Assembly: GCA_000934665.2 (NCBI GenBank)
Contig: JYFJ02000777.1
Span: forward strand, 62,001-109,508
Length of the DNA: 47,508 nt
Reading direction: 5' to 3'
Source of the DNA: Catajapyx aquilonaris
Taxonomy: Eukaryota
Part shown: positions 1 through 14,442 of the stretch, in pieces
Layout of the letters: each line of letters starts with the position of its first letter
Position numbering within the stretch: position 1 is the first letter of the stretch
The notes under the pieces: model-generated
The model's input: the letters and a program-made list of their open reading frames with translations, nothing else
Database searches by the model: none
What the model was told of the DNA's origin: nothing
Translations under genes and position numbers: made by a program

Positions 1-2690
1 GGCGAAACCCTTGGCGAAACCATACCTGACTGATCCTGAGGAATGATGCACCTCTTGGGCTACCATGGAGGCCAAGATCGGGCGTGGTCAATATGTAGGT
101 GTATGCACCTACCAAAAACATGACCTGTTTTTTCTGCCCCATTTCGAGCCCTCCCTTGAACGTGTGGCCCCTAAGGACGTCGAGCAGGAGGACTGGAAGA
201 ACCTGTCTTCTTGCTGGAGCGTCATCTCACATCACGCACCCCACTGGGTATACGAGTGTGGTTACACTGTAATAGTAGGTTCTGCATATGTAACCCTCAG
301 AAGACGCGAGAGGAAGGTAAAAGACTGGATGGACCTAAAGGCTTCGGAATGACCGCTTTCAAGGTCTCTTCGGGACGTTCAACCGCTGAACGGAAAACCT
401 AACGCCATTATTCCGAGGCCATTTTTGCCAAACGTAGGTAGGGGGGCGAATTCTTCAGATATTGTTGACCATCCATGACATACATTGAAATAGTCCGACC
501 TTCACCCTGTCTATTAGTATTTTTTTGTGTGTGATGGTCATTTCTTTTGTGCCTATTGGAGCCACTGATTGGAAGCAACCAGCAGGTGCTCTGATTGCTT
601 CCAACATCTTTTATTCTTTTAAGAACAGTACGTGAAGATCGGGACCTTGGCTTTTTGGTGGCCTAAGATGCGGTGGGTGATTCCAAGAACCTGGCCTCAC
701 GATTTCGGAGTGGTGAAAATTGCTTCGTGGTGTACTCTATCTGCTTATAGTGTTCGGTTGTGAATCTGGAACGATTGATTTGACAGGGTGTGGCCTGAAT
801 CGTGCTAAGTAACATGTTACTATGACATAGCCTGATATGTCTATTGATAATATTTGCTTAGAATTTGTTGAAATGTTCAGGACTTAAGTCACCTTTCATG
901 TCAGACTAAATCATACAACGTTGCAAAGTGGATGCACAACCCACCTAAACGTGACTTGTCCCACCTTCTGTACTGCAAAAAAGGTGCATTGTAATTCCCA
1001 GCACGAACGGCACCATAAAATGAAAAAGTGCATCATATATAACATGCTTGGCTTTTCTGCCGGTTTGAAATAATTTTACATGTTATGCCCATATTAGAAA
1101 GGTGTATTAATGCAATTATTCCGTCCATAAAATCTCAAAAAGTAACGTAAACTATACTGTACTGCGGACACAACCCTGGTACCGTATGCCAATTACATAT
1201 TACAGTCCTTGGCATACCGCAACGAACAACGCCACGAGTATGAATTAATATCTGATCATTAACTTACTCCAAAATACCTGAGCAGGAAACACAACTTGTT
1301 CGTCCACCCGATGGTTCCAAGAGCTCAAGACCTGAATACAAATTAGGAAACCAAACCTAATGATACCATCAACGTTTTTGTTTCGTTTCACCCTGTAATA
1401 ACAACCTTTTTGGCCCGTACATTTTGTGCTTAACGGTCGTTTATTCGCCATGGTTACTGAGCTGACAGATGATGTTGTGTAAGGTTAAGACCCTTCTCAG
1501 GGCAACTCCTACAGTGGGGCAGGTCCCTGGAACGTCAGTCACATGCTTTGCGAATGGGTGATGAGTTTACAAGATTAAAAACGCAAAAAATTGCAGGAAA
1601 AAAATTTGAAGGAGGTGCATGCCACTCACTTGAACCTACAGGTTGATTGTGTATGTGTCATACCAATCTGACGCGTAGTTCCTGAGATAAATCGTTAAGA
1701 GGAAGCTTCCTATTGGCTGCAGCGAACATGCGCAGACACACCGCGCACCCTATTTCGCTCCAGGCTCCAGCTCCGGATAATGATATTCAATGTCGACGTT
1801 GCCTTTCACTCGTATGTGTCCCCATCAGGAAGGATTCCTTTGTTGTCCGATTAAAGCACGCTTTGCGGCCAGGTGGTGTGCGGTCCCTGCCAGCCGACCG
1901 GAACCGTTTAATTAAACGGGCGAATTTCGCGGGAGGGACGACCGGCCATGCGCGAACGTTGTGTTGCATATTTCCAAGGATGAAACGGTGCCGTTTGACA
2001 CGCTTGGCAATGCAGAAATAAGGAAGCTCACCCTTTCTCTACCTCTAAACATTACCACTCTACGTAGGACACACACAAAAAAAAACATATGTACCGCTTT
2101 TCGAACCTTGTAAGGCGAACAAAAAATACCAATAGGATAATTGGTGACAAGTGGGGATGAGCAGGCGGAAGGGTTGGTGAAAATTCAAACCGTGGATGCA
2201 ATTACGGAAATCGTGATAAAACAATGGGCGAGAGAATACAAAGAAAGTACATGGTCTGTCATTCTGTGCTTTACAATCTTACGTATGAGGTCATATCCTT
2301 CTAACCCAGCTGGTTAATTGGAGAATATTAATTGTCATTGCCATCAGTGTGCCTCCAGTCATAGATGTCCTTAAAATTTAAGCAAAAATTATTGGATTAA
2401 AGAATAGAAAGTATGCTCATCTACTGCCATTTACACATATCACTGAGTGTCGGAGGTCACCTGAATATGCCTGAATCCACGGCTAACCTTGACTTGTACC
2501 GAACGGGATTCTGAGAAGGGAGTTGTTGCTGGCAGTGCTTGGCCACAGCAGCTGCTGGATAGCCAACCAGTCAGCCAGTAGAGAGAGTGTGTGTGCTGAC
2601 TGCTAATTAGTCAGTGGGGCAGTTGCATAACCGATCCCTTGTTCTTGGCAGGCCAAGGGTGCTCGGCAGAAGAGAGTCGGCAGCACCAGA

Positions 2691-5600
2691 ATGGAGGTGG
2701 TTCCACACTACCGTCCGGAGGTACCTCTTGGAGACGATGGATTTGTGACCAATGTGGAGGAATGGAGCGAGATGAATGGTACACAGCATATCCGGAGGGA
2801 GTTTGGACGGTGGTTGAAACCAGGAGGAGGACAGGAGTACCGGCAGGTCAGTTGGAACCTTCTTCAGGTTCTTCTGGGATGTTGATGACCCACTTTCGCT
2901 TCGAGGCGGGCTCAGATTCCATGGAGTCACGGTGTCCCCTGAAAGTAATGGAGAAGCTTCATGTTGGTTGTGGCGTGACTGTCTAGGGTTGTAGTAATTG
3001 CGTGTCAGAACAGTTATGACAAAGGTACACTCCCACGCGCTCGTGGCTAACCGGCTTAAGACGTTGTGTAAACGTACCACTATTCTTAGCAAATTCTTTA
3101 ACGATGAAAAATATTGCCACCGGATATATAAGCTGGAATAAATTGTCATGGTGGTTCAGCCCTTGAAATGCAAATATACCGGTTTCCATTTAACTTTTCA
3201 ACGTTGAACGCGGGGGACTCTATTTTACGACTACTTCTCTCAAGCCATGGCGTAACATCCCACACCAAACCATTTCAGTGCCGCTATAAAATAACTTGCA
3301 GCAAATCAACAGATGTAATCTAACGTAGTGTCGCCTAAATTGCAGGTAAATAATCTACCGTCAGGTACTTGTACAAAATGTTACACAGCAATGAAACCGA
3401 CATATTTGCAACACAATACCATAAGCGACATACCGGAAGAATTGTACATTTTTTCCCCCGTCTCATTTCATCAAAAGTGCACATAATGCGTTTTGCCTTG
3501 GAGGGAAAATCAGTAGTTACACACGACTGTTATTACATGTTTAAAAATACTCTTCCGGTAGATATGTAATATCACGCAACTTTTTTTAAAAAACAAGGGG
3601 GCGTGTTACTTATCCAACTACAAAAACAAGCACATTGAATAACCATAACAAATCATTAAAACAACCTTCCCACACGCATATCCTGAATTGGTGCAAAATT
3701 ATATTTTATGCCCGGAAAAGCCTGGAGGTCGGTGTCCACAAACAGACTTCGAATCACGATTTACTGATAAAATCCCACGTAATAATTACGATTCACCCTA
3801 TGGTATAAGACGTGGATCATTGTGGAAAAAAAACCTTGTCAGTTTCACAGATTTTCTCCCTGGAGAATATCGTTTGCGAAATCGTGGGCATCGCAATTAT
3901 TTCTAAGGAGAACGAGGTTGTAATCATCGGCCAGAAAAGAATATGAAGAACGGGCCAAAGAAATAATAATAAAAAACTTTCACAAATGAAGTCGGCTGAA
4001 GAAGAGGCGTGCCCACCGCCTTAAGGGAGGGGGACGCAATTAACACATTATTGCCACGTAACGCTCAAAAGGCCGCCGGGTCACCCTATACCCAACTTGG
4101 GTCACCCTGTAAAATATCTGCATCACCCACATATTGAGCTATATTTAATTTTTTAAAATTATTAGGTATTATTTATTAGTTATTTTTATCATTTCTTATT
4201 AGCTTTATTATTATTATTAAAATATTAGTTAGCATATCAATTTATTAGCTTATTTGCTATTGGGTATTATTAGTTATTCAGTAGACCCCCCTCGCCCCGG
4301 TATAATGTCACGGTACGTCACTCTGGCGTCTGACGTGGCGTACTTTATGGGTACCCTAGCCATTTTTGGGTGTCCTGGCGCCGGTCAGCTCCGGAGTAAA
4401 AGGTCGAGTCCGTGACCTCCTCGGGGTCTCCCCCAAAGCTGGTAATTGATGAGAGGAAGGCGGACAGGACAATGTCCGATAAATCAGGTCCCGCTTCTAC
4501 AGGAATGTGAAAAGCGGTACAGTCACGAATACAGGCCGCGCGGCGCATCCCGTGGTGCCATATCCTCAATAGGGACTCATTGTTGTGAGGGTGTGACCGT
4601 CCAGGTGCCAATCAGAAACGGCCGATGTTATCGGGACACCTTGTGATTGAGGATGTTGCCCCGGTTAATGAGATGGGAAGGGCAACACCTTTTTGGCGGC
4701 GAGAAATAAAAAGGAGCAGACCGGCAACAATACACACTTGGGAAGATCATTTTCCCATAAATAATAATACCCTTGGCGTGGCTTGGTTGCCTCCTTGTAC
4801 TTGCATTGTGGGACGATACAAGGACGTTAGCGTGGGATTTACACCGGCTCAAGGAAACTGCATGGGATGTGTTTCTCCACCTTTTCCCAGTGTGTGTTAA
4901 AGGATGACATGTCTTGCAGGCGTCGGATTGGTGTCGTACCGAGTTAGACGATGGTGAGAGGACGCAACGACGAAGCTGCGAGGTGTTCTCATCGGATGAC
5001 CCCGGGAAGAAGATGCAGGTGCTGAGGGCCCAACAGCAGTGGTCTGAAGTTAGAGGTACGCCCGGTACCGCCTCGTCCCGTACAGTACATGTCAGCAGAC
5101 AGGTACAAGCCACTGCATCGTCGTCATCCACCAGTAGGAGTGCCAGCAGCACCAAAGTGACCAGAACCACCACATCCTCTTTGACATCGTCGCCCATTAT
5201 GGAACACCTGGGACATTTTTCAGAGGACACGTTCGGTTCTCTACAGGTTAGTACTGTACAGTACGAGAGATAAAGAAATACGTGTGTGGGCTTGATGCCA
5301 GAAGGCATCCGGTAATGGGCGAAGGTTATTGACGTGAGATATGGACTGCATGCTATATCTGGGAGAGGCCAGTATTGGACACTACAGGCCTCGCCCTGGG
5401 CTACCACATTTTTGTTCAATATTTATTATGGCGGCCAAAGTTGATTTATTTCAGGCGAGAATGTTGATCGGTAACAGTACTTCGGGCTATGTAAATAGGG
5501 CTGAAAGCGGAAGTAATCTAATGCAAACGGGTTGTAATATTATTAAGCCTCAGTGCTTTGCATATTGGTTGCTATTTGGAAAATTATCAGCTTCTATCAG

Positions 5601-8600
5601 AAGTTAAATGATGCTTTAATGACAGGAAGGTGTAGGGCAGATTATGGAAATCACACTATCTAAGGCGAATGTAGCTTAATTAAACAAGTTCCAGAATGAC
5701 GAAGTATTTGTACCGGTACAAGTTCAAGTTCTTTGCGGTCCTTACAAGGAAGCGGCGAAGTGCGAGGATAACCACTTAGCAACCGATGAACTGATGCAAA
5801 ACCATGTTAATGAGAAAATAATTACTTAGCGGTTCTGCTTTCTTTTCATCGGGAGAGTTGCAGTTCATAGCACCCGTTCCGTGAATCCGGCACTTGAAAA
5901 GCAACAATTATAGAATTTTTTGAATTGTCCTAAATATATGTCCACCCAATCGGACAAGTGAATAAAATATGGTAGCACGAATTATATTCATTTACCGTTT
6001 TCATAAAGGGCAGGGTTCCAGAAGATTAGTTTTTAAGCTTATCCTTGGAGAGCTAGGTCAACAGGTGCAATGCAATTTGTATCATTGCAGCTATATCGAA
6101 ACAGGAACTTGGATACGTCGACGTCATACGTTGCAAACAATGACTTTTAATAATGTCAACGTTGAAACAAACAATTAAGAGCTAATGAGGTCTAGGTTTC
6201 TTCAAGTGCTAACAGCTAACAGTTTTCAATTCTGGAAATGATAAATGATCAAAGTGGGATTCATCACCTTGCCCCACCATGTCTAGTCCTTATCTCCAGG
6301 CTGGGTGTAACCCTACGGTACTTGCAGGCCAAAGGTCAAACGAGCCCCACTAGTTTTCAGGAAGCCAAACCTCTTTTTATCGGCAATAATATTAACGCTC
6401 CAATATAATTTACAGCTTGCCCTGAACCAACTGGACCACAGCACCCAGAAGCTGAAGGGCAGCGTGGGTCGCATGGGCGCCATCAGTTCACGTCGACCTC
6501 CATCCCGCCTCCACCGCATATCATCCGGAGCTCTATTGGACATACCCCAAGAAGAGCCTACTCAAAATTCAGTTCCTAAGGTGCCCTCCCCCCCACCTCC
6601 TCCTCCACCACCTCCATCCAATATCGAGGCTCCTGTACGTGGAAAGAGTCGGTCCACTGATGACCTCCCATTCGAAGAACCGGCTTGGAGACGAGACGTC
6701 AAGCTTAGAAGGTCCCTGAGGTTATCAGCTGAAAGTCGATTCGTGCCTGATCGATCAGAACAGGTAACAGGTCACTGACATTATAACTGTTAATTTTTAT
6801 TTACACTGTCATTTTTGCAATAGCTTCCGGTGGAAGTTGAGAGGAGGCCGTCACGTGTGAGTGCATTCAACGTGCGTGAAACTATCGAGCAAAGGAGGAG
6901 GTCCCTTCAGTCTAGCATGCAACAGAGGCATAGTCCGGTGTCTGAAGATGCTTCAGACAAAGAGGTGACCAAGAAGAAGTCAGACGAGTGGTGGGAACGT
7001 CGTAAGTCATATGGGTTTGAATCGGCTGAATCATGGCGTCGAAATGATTCAGAGTCTGATTCACGTCGGCATAGTACTGGAAGCGATACATCTGGAAAGA
7101 CTGTTATAACTCTGGGCAACCCCGAGAAGAGTTATTCGGCGAGTGACCTGGTGCAACAAGTGGAGGCGGAAAAGGTGACTGGGATGTGGTCCCGTGAGAG
7201 CAAGGAACGTCGGAGTCTGCGAGAATCTAAGTGGAAGGAGACGGATATGCGTGAGTTCAAGTGGAAGGAGACGGATATGCGTGAGTCCAAGTGGAAGGAG
7301 ACGGATATGCGTGATGTGGAGAGAACATTCTTTCGTTGTGCAATGATGAAATCCCCTGAAGTTCAGCAGAGGAAGCCGTTGGTTATCACCATACCCATAC
7401 GAATTGAGGAAACAAATGGAGGTCAGACTTCACCTGGGGCACAGGAGAAAAAGGAATCGAGGAGTCCACAGATATACAACTCAAAGACATGGATAACTAA
7501 TGGCGCTACAAAAGTGGCCACTGCAGTTATACAACCGGAGCAGCCTGATGAGGAATCGGCGCAACAGAAACAAAAGAAGAAGGTGGAGTTTAGTAAGATG
7601 GAAGTGCATTTTTCGGCAGAATCTGGTCGTTTTAATATTGTGGAAACTAGCGATGAGAAACCGCCATCTAACCTGTTTCGTCGTAGAAGAAAAGAAAAGT
7701 ATGCCAGTGATAAAAAAGACGACCTGAAAGATGTCCAGGAAACCCGATTTGGAGATTCACCATATGAGAAGTGGCTGCTGGGAAAGCCTGAAGATGGCAG
7801 CGAAGATACCACCGAAAACAACATAACCAACAACAGTGAAGAAAACTGTAAAAATGAAGACGTCATACACCATACGTGGGGCGTACAACTACGAAGAGTT
7901 AATTCAAATGCCAGCAGACCCCAGCCAGAAAAATGTCGCCCTGAGTCTGAAGAGCCATATTGGAAGACCAGTGTCAAACTCAAGCCTTTGGACAACGGCC
8001 TGACATGTGGTACCGGAACATCGAGTGTTCACAAAGACGAAATGAGACTCCAGCAGTTGGTCAGGTCACTTCGTCCTACTGGTAGTCCTCTGCTCCAGGT
8101 GGTTCAACGAGACACGACACTTTGCGAAGAACAGGAGCGGAACAGTGTTCAAGATCACTCGCACGTGAAAAAAGGTATTCAGCCACTGCTAACATATTTT
8201 CTTCTTCCATGCCCTCTTTTTGCATGCTTCAAAAATTCAGCGTTATTTTCAGGGAAAGCGAATCGTACAAGTGGTGTGAAAAGAAGAGATATACGTCAAG
8301 CTCCTATTCTTTCTTCACTGCATTAACAAAAGAGCTAACCTCCGGCTATGGCTTCTAAAAACCCATGGCTTAACCAGGTACACAAACCTTTTTTTGACAC
8401 ACTAACAGCTCTCCTTTGTAATGCTTTTTATAGTGTGGTGGTTCTCAACTATTCATTGAAAGTGTGCCATCCAGTTATATATACCAGAAATTCTTCTATA
8501 ATTTTCAATTTGTAAAAGAAGCATGGTGCTACTCTGAAGACCTTGATAATTTTCCGCACTAATGAACATGCACAGTACATAACAAATGATTGGTAGTTGG

Positions 8601-10618
8601 ACACCCATTGATATGAGCTTGCTTTTCAGATGAATTTGAGACACATAATTCCAAGAAATATCAGCATCACTGGGATGCCTACAATATTGAAGAAAATGAG
8701 GACAACAGTTGCCAAACACCATCACCAGTTCGCAAACCGTTCAGAATCGACGCAGGAATCATATTCGACAGTGATGTCAAAGAGAGACAGACTTCGTCAG
8801 TGTGCGTCAACTCATCGTCAGTGGGCGTCAACTCATCGTCAATGGGCGTCAACTCATCGTCAATGTGCGTCAACTCATCGTCAAACCATTCTAGAGCACT
8901 GAGCATACCAATAACTATATTGCCATACAATTCTGAACACACCAACAACAGTCCAAGCCCCAGGTCACACCCTCGCTCTGATCAACATACTAGACAAAAA
9001 TTGTCTCCTAGACTGAGACAAGTGTCCCCCTTACCGCAACACCGCTCTAATGCGACATCTGCCCTTGAACTTCCGCCAAATTCTCACAGCGTGGAATCAC
9101 GTGTAGAGAATTCAAGTTGGAAAAACCCCGACATAAAAAGTGGAGCTTTGTGGGACAAGCGTTACACGCACGGTAATATGTTAAGTGTATTTTTAAGAAA
9201 GAGCAGGTTCGTAATACTTGTTTTACTTTACAGAGAGTGTGAGTCAGACCACACAAAAAACTGTGCATGTGGATGTGACAACCAGATCACTTGACAAACA
9301 AGATGTTGTTCCTTCTTGGGAAAGAAATGGAGAGTTGAGAAGCAGTTTTCAGCGTAAACATATAAGCCCAAAAGAAAATGGGGATGATCAGCATGGTGGG
9401 TCAGGTCATCGTTCCATAGTTGAACGTCTGAAGGACCGTCTTCGAGAACAGTGTTCTCCATTACATCGGGATCAAACAGCAACGTCGTCATCTGGAAGCA
9501 AGACGGATTGGATATATTTTGAGACACCCAAAAGGAAGCAGAAGGCAGCCAATGTCGCAGAAAAGAAGACGGAAGATTACCATGTAGAGGTCAAAACGGA
9601 AGCTGGCAGCTCACCTTCGACGAAAGACAAGAAATCAGAGAGTCGTCACACCAAAACCGACAATAAAAAAGTTGAAGTACGCCATACCAGTAAGAAACAG
9701 GAAGGAGGCCGTCACACCACCACGACCACTCTTCCAAAAGAGCTTCCTAACCCATTAACCGAGTCCTTCCCCGTACCGAACCGAAAAGCCAAGTTGTCCC
9801 TCAACAACATCATGAGTGTCCAGAACCACAAATCTGACACTGATGACGAGCTGACCCGAGCTGCCAACACCATTCTTGAAGCTGTTGCAGGGTACACCGA
9901 CTGCTCTTCACAACCTCAGAGTGAAGAAGAGACAGTATCAAAGACAAGGACTCAAAATCACCATCGTAATTATCGCAGAGCAGCCAACAAGTCTTCCAGC
10001 GAGTCTATGACTTCAGACCACTTAGAAGTTCCAGTGGCTAAGAAACATACGCATAGAAAACATCGAATGAAGGGCATCACAGAAGAGGAGACAGGAAAGA
10101 CTGTGTTTGAACATAAACCAATAGTGAAGAAGATATCACCAGCAAAAGTAGCAAGACACACTGCTCATACCCATAGCAGTGCCCAGAAGGCCAAACCGTG
10201 TCTCAGACACAAGGATAGTTCGTCCAGCGAAATGTCAACTCCATCTGGAAGTTTGTCCAAGACAACTGGACGTAAGAAGTTGGCTGCTGCAGTCTCTAGA
10301 ATGAATGGCCACCATCTAGATAAAGTGGAGGAAGGTGTGACCCCAAAAGAGAGAACATCTTCCAAAGCACCAGTGGCTGTAAAGGAGACTGGACACTACG
10401 TTGCTCAGGTCAACACCAAGAAAAGGACCAACAATCACAAAGTAACAAGCAATCGGCCACAGAAGAACAAGGTCAAGACTGCAACAACAAAAGGTACATT
10501 TAATTACAATATATTAACTTCAAAATATTAAATCCGTTTAATTTCAGATGAAACGGACAAGTCCACCAAGTCTCGCCAAAAAATCAAGACCACAAAGGAG
10601 CTGACGGCATACATTTGA
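2691..10618 (+). CDS. Large low-complexity (S/T/K/E/R-rich), probably intrinsically disordered protein, ~1351 aa, 7 exons: 2691-2846, 4920-5246, 6416-6763, 6824-8174, 8630-9172, 9234-10493, 10548-10618
   Basis: Long ORFs join at GT-AG sites with compatible phases (0,0,0,1,1,1), totalling 4056 nt = 1352 codons ending ...ELTAYI*. AATAAA at 10775. Contains a poly-Pro tract, KKKVEF and LDHST...RRPPSR. Exon 1 is the least certain. Confidence 0.7.
7220..7314 (+). repeat. Coding 30-bp tandem repeat x3 (RE[S/F]KWKETDM)
   Basis: Near-identical units cgtgagtycaagtggaaggagacggatatg at 7220, 7250, 7280. Confidence 0.95.
8794..8884 (+). repeat. Coding 21-bp tandem repeat x4 (SS[V/M][C/G]VNS)
   Basis: Unit tcgtcartgkgcgtcaactca repeated four times, in frame within predicted exon 5. 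Confidence 0.95.
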
Positions 10619-11527
10619 TGTTTGCTCAAATATGTGTGTTGTGCCGAAAAGACACCAAAAACCTATCGTTTTGTTATAGTGGGGTTCGACTAACGGTAGC
10701 CTTTAATTTATACCGGACTTTACTTGAACTGGGTTATAGACCCAGGCTTTGACTGACATGTAGGAAATGAACTAAATAAATAAAAAAACATTGGGTAATG
10801 CACTAACCACCAGCCACCTCCTCACCAACATGTGCCATTCATGACATAACTTGAGAGATGAATGTGCTTGTAAAATAATGTACATTGTGACTATTACATT
10901 GGCTCTTGGAATATAATCGATTTGGCTTTATTGGTACGACAAAAGCTTGACGTGTATGTCCATAGTTAAATAGGAAAGTCGAGCTGATACAGCAGCAGAG
11001 ATCAACGTCCTATTGACAAGCAAGGACGGAAACAGCGGTGACACATCTGACGTGAAGCGATTAACAACGTTACCACAGCCCTTCACGGATGCTGTGCAAG
11101 ATATGGTCGACTTTTACTGGCGTTAACCTGATTCAAACGGATATGTGCCACAATGTTATCACGCACATCTCTTGATCAGGATTCTAAATATTCATCAGAA
11201 TTGGTGACTAGTCAATTGTGCTTAAATGTTGTAGTTGCACTTAAATACGATCATACTGTACAGGTACGATATTATGAGAAATCTTACTTAATTTAATATT
11301 GACAACTATGACATATTACGCAATGAGCTGGTTATGATTAAACGTGACGAATATTCCAGCTAATTGATACAGGGATATGTCATTTGTATCGACCTTTCGG
11401 GACATCATTCAAGTCCAATAGCACCGCCTGCGATTCTCATTACAGTCTGTATGTATCATGAGAATAACACATGTGCCTTCATTCCGGGACTTGACTTTGG
11501 ATGGTGACATGCAGGAACTTCGGAGCC

Positions 11528-12364
11528 ATGACAAAACAAGTAAGTTCGTGGTTGGTTATTTAATACCGGCCTATTTAATCATATTGGAATACCTCGGTGC
11601 ACATTGAAATATTGCCACAGGGGGTTCCCAAAATATTGAATTTCCAACCCTTTACGAGAGAGCAAAATTGATTTTTCAAAGCGAGTTGATGGGCTTTTGA
11701 AGGGATCTTATGAAAGCTTTTGTTTCATTTAGTATAGCCAGATTTACTTTTGTACTGTGCAGTCATTAATGAGGTATATCATGGCATAAAGCTCCTCTTG
11801 AAGGAATGGGAGTTGGTCAATATGAGATATGCAAATTCGCATGGCTTTACCGACTATCTCTTAAAGCTCGAACGTGTTGGCGTGGAACGGCTCGTTTTTG
11901 TCAACATCTGTTCACGCATAATTACTGACATTTACATACATAATTTTGCATCGCCCAATATTAATTATAATTACATAGCATTAGCGCTAATAATATTGCC
12001 ACCCTCTCCAACACGTGTATAGCAAGCATCCTTCCAATTTGAGGCACCTAAATTTGCATTTATATCGTAGGAACTACAATGGATATTCCTGGTATTGTTG
12101 GTCAGTGTGTACTACCCGGAAGTGCTGACATCCACAATCAGCCTTCAACCAGCTGATATCGACTCTACCAACAATGCAAAGGCGCTGAGGATGTTACCAC
12201 CTTTTGTGCAATCAGTGGTCAGAATGGACAACGTGATGCAGGCGGCCGAACTGGTCGACGTGGACTACTACCAAGGACTGTGTCCAGGTTGCTGTTTTCG
12301 AGATCTGGTTGGAATCTGCAGGCCATCAGCTGGTTGTGACGATTGGTGTGTGGCTAAAGGATGA
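11528..12364 (+). CDS. Secreted Cys-peptide precursor 1 (6 Cys, CPGCCFRDLVGICRPSAGCDDWCVAKG*); exons 11528-11539 and 12071-12364
   Basis: Micro-exon ATG ACA AAA CAA|gtaagt joins in phase 0 to tatcgtag|GAA, giving signal-like MTKQELQWIFLVLLVSVYY. Family core motif at the C-terminus. Confidence 0.65.
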
Positions 12365-13375
12365 TAATAATTTGCATACAAAGTATTGACATTTGGAGTT
12401 GCATACTAAGCGAGCGATAACTGGAAAAGCGATTATGATCAATTGCGTGTCGTTTTTGAATTAGTGGGAGACTGGTTTTTCCGATGTAAAGTGACCAATG
12501 GGAAGTTTGGAGGACAGTGGACATGTCCCCCCCCAAAAAAATCCCCTTTCCTGATGGTCACTTTTCAAATTGAAACAGTAATGAAGGTCATGAAGTTTGC
12601 ATGCAAGCTTTTCCATATGCGGGCATATGAAGGGCGTGTGTATGTGGGGACTGGGGGGTATTTATTCATTCATGTTAATGCAAATTTGTGAGACACATTA
12701 CAAGACAAATGGTGTTCCGTTATGTAGTATATTTGTAACTTATACGATGTTCATTGTTATTGCTGATCAGCCTGAATAAATTGAATCAATTTGTCATAAT
12801 ACGGGTATATTGAGTGAGTCCTTGAATGGTAATGAGCACTTATGAGATCAAGTGTCAGGGAAAAAACAGTTGCGTGCATTGTTTAATTCCTGATGACGTC
12901 TGAAGGTGGAGTACCGGTACCGTCATTGCTACCTGTGTTGCCAAATGTGTAGGAACTGCACATGCCATACCGGTATGTGGTCGATATGAAGAAGGTCGAT
13001 TTGGGGGTCAAGTGAAAGCCTTGTTGCATTCTATGCACTGTACGTCTAATGAAATATGTAATTAATTGCGCAATAATATGACCATATGAATTTCAACAGA
13101 TTTTGTACACATGTGACATAATGTTTATTATCACAATGCAACAGTATGGTACACTTTGGTCCTCTAAAATGTGAGTGGCTGTCCAGATAAGAAGCGGAAG
13201 CGACAAATGAATATCTTGGCATCCGGTACATCCCTGATTTATAATTTGCTGACCATGTGCATAATAAAAAGAGTAAAAGGACTGGGTATTCCCGTGAAAC
13301 GTAACCTTCACGTGAGGCTAGCTGGCTGGGCATAGAAAAAGGGCATGGTCCTGCAGCTCATTTGACTAGTCCACA

Positions 13376-13585
13376 ATGGGCAGCAGAACGCTTCATTTAC
13401 TCTGCATTCTGTCCTGTGCCGTGCTCCTGTCAACCGATGCCCAATCACCGACTACTCGATTAAATCCTGGTAAGTCCACGGTCCAGTGCATTGTTGGTTG
13501 TCAGCCGTGCCCAGAATGCTGTGGTCGGGCGGCTGATGGCAACTGTCGACCGGTGGAAGGCTGCTCTGCTGTACCCAGATGCTGA
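13376..13585 (+). CDS. Secreted Cys-peptide precursor 2 (8 Cys in mature part, CIVGCQPCPECCGRAADGNCRPVEGCSAVPRC)
   Basis: Signal peptide MGSRTLHLLCILSCAVLLSTDA. RAADGNCRP resembles the ENF-peptide RTADGRCKP. 3'UTR intron 13601-13666, AATAAA at 13747. Confidence 0.85.
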   Translation: MGSRTLHLLCILSCAVLLSTDAQSPTTRLNPGKSTVQCIVGCQPCPECCGRAADGNCRPVEGCSAVPRC

Positions 13586-14442
13586 CAGTTACAAATACAG
13601 GTAAGTCCATATTTGGACAAGTTAGGACATTTGAGGTTAGATAGTAATTCGTAGTTTTATTTCCAGAGCTCTGTTGTTGGCAACCAGACAGCTGGCAGAC
13701 ATTGGAAAGCAAATGAGAGAAAGGACGATATTTATGATAATAATGGAATAAACTACACATTGATCATTAACATCTTGTATGTGTTTTGTTGAATACGTTG
13801 CGATATTATTTAGAAAATATGGCAATGTAGCTGTCTTGTAGCTTAGTTGTGTACTAATAGTATCACTTGTTACAGCCTTCCTTGTGCAGTATATACTGTA
13901 TACCTGAAGAAAAATGCTAATTAATTGGGAAATTTCTCACACAGCATGCTTGGATTGTTAGTAGACCGCAGGTGATGAATTAATTATATGTATTGTGTAT
14001 TATGAAGGTGGATGGAAAAATTAATTAACATACTCCGTGGGGATAACGTCCACCAAACTAATCAGAGGAGGACATTTCCAAATATGAGCCAGACCTCTCG
14101 GGGAACTTGGGAGTTGGGACCTCAGATATATGAAACTAATGAAAGGCTGGCACTATACACCAACGCGCTCCGGTTCCGAGAAAGCCTTCACCTTGCACTA
14201 GTTCCAAGTGCACTTAATGTTGTATTTTGAATTTCACTTGTTGGTATGTTTTTTTGGGAGCAGACGTGAAGTCAATGATTATGACGCCAAACCTGAGAAC
14301 ATTTACATCAAAATGCCTTATACTGTAGAAGAGATGTAAATGATTACAGCAAAAGAAGGCATTTATAAGGAAGTCGGAGTAGAAGTGGCAGCTTCTCCAG
14401 ATTACCTGTACTGGAAAGATTTTCAGAAACTCCGGGTGAACT

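Noticed and set aside
65..402. ORFs at the window start
   Set aside because: Could be the end of an upstream gene, but there is no recognisable domain or clear exon boundary.
8794..8884. CRISPR-like array
   Set aside because: Head-to-tail coding minisatellite without spacers in a eukaryotic exon.
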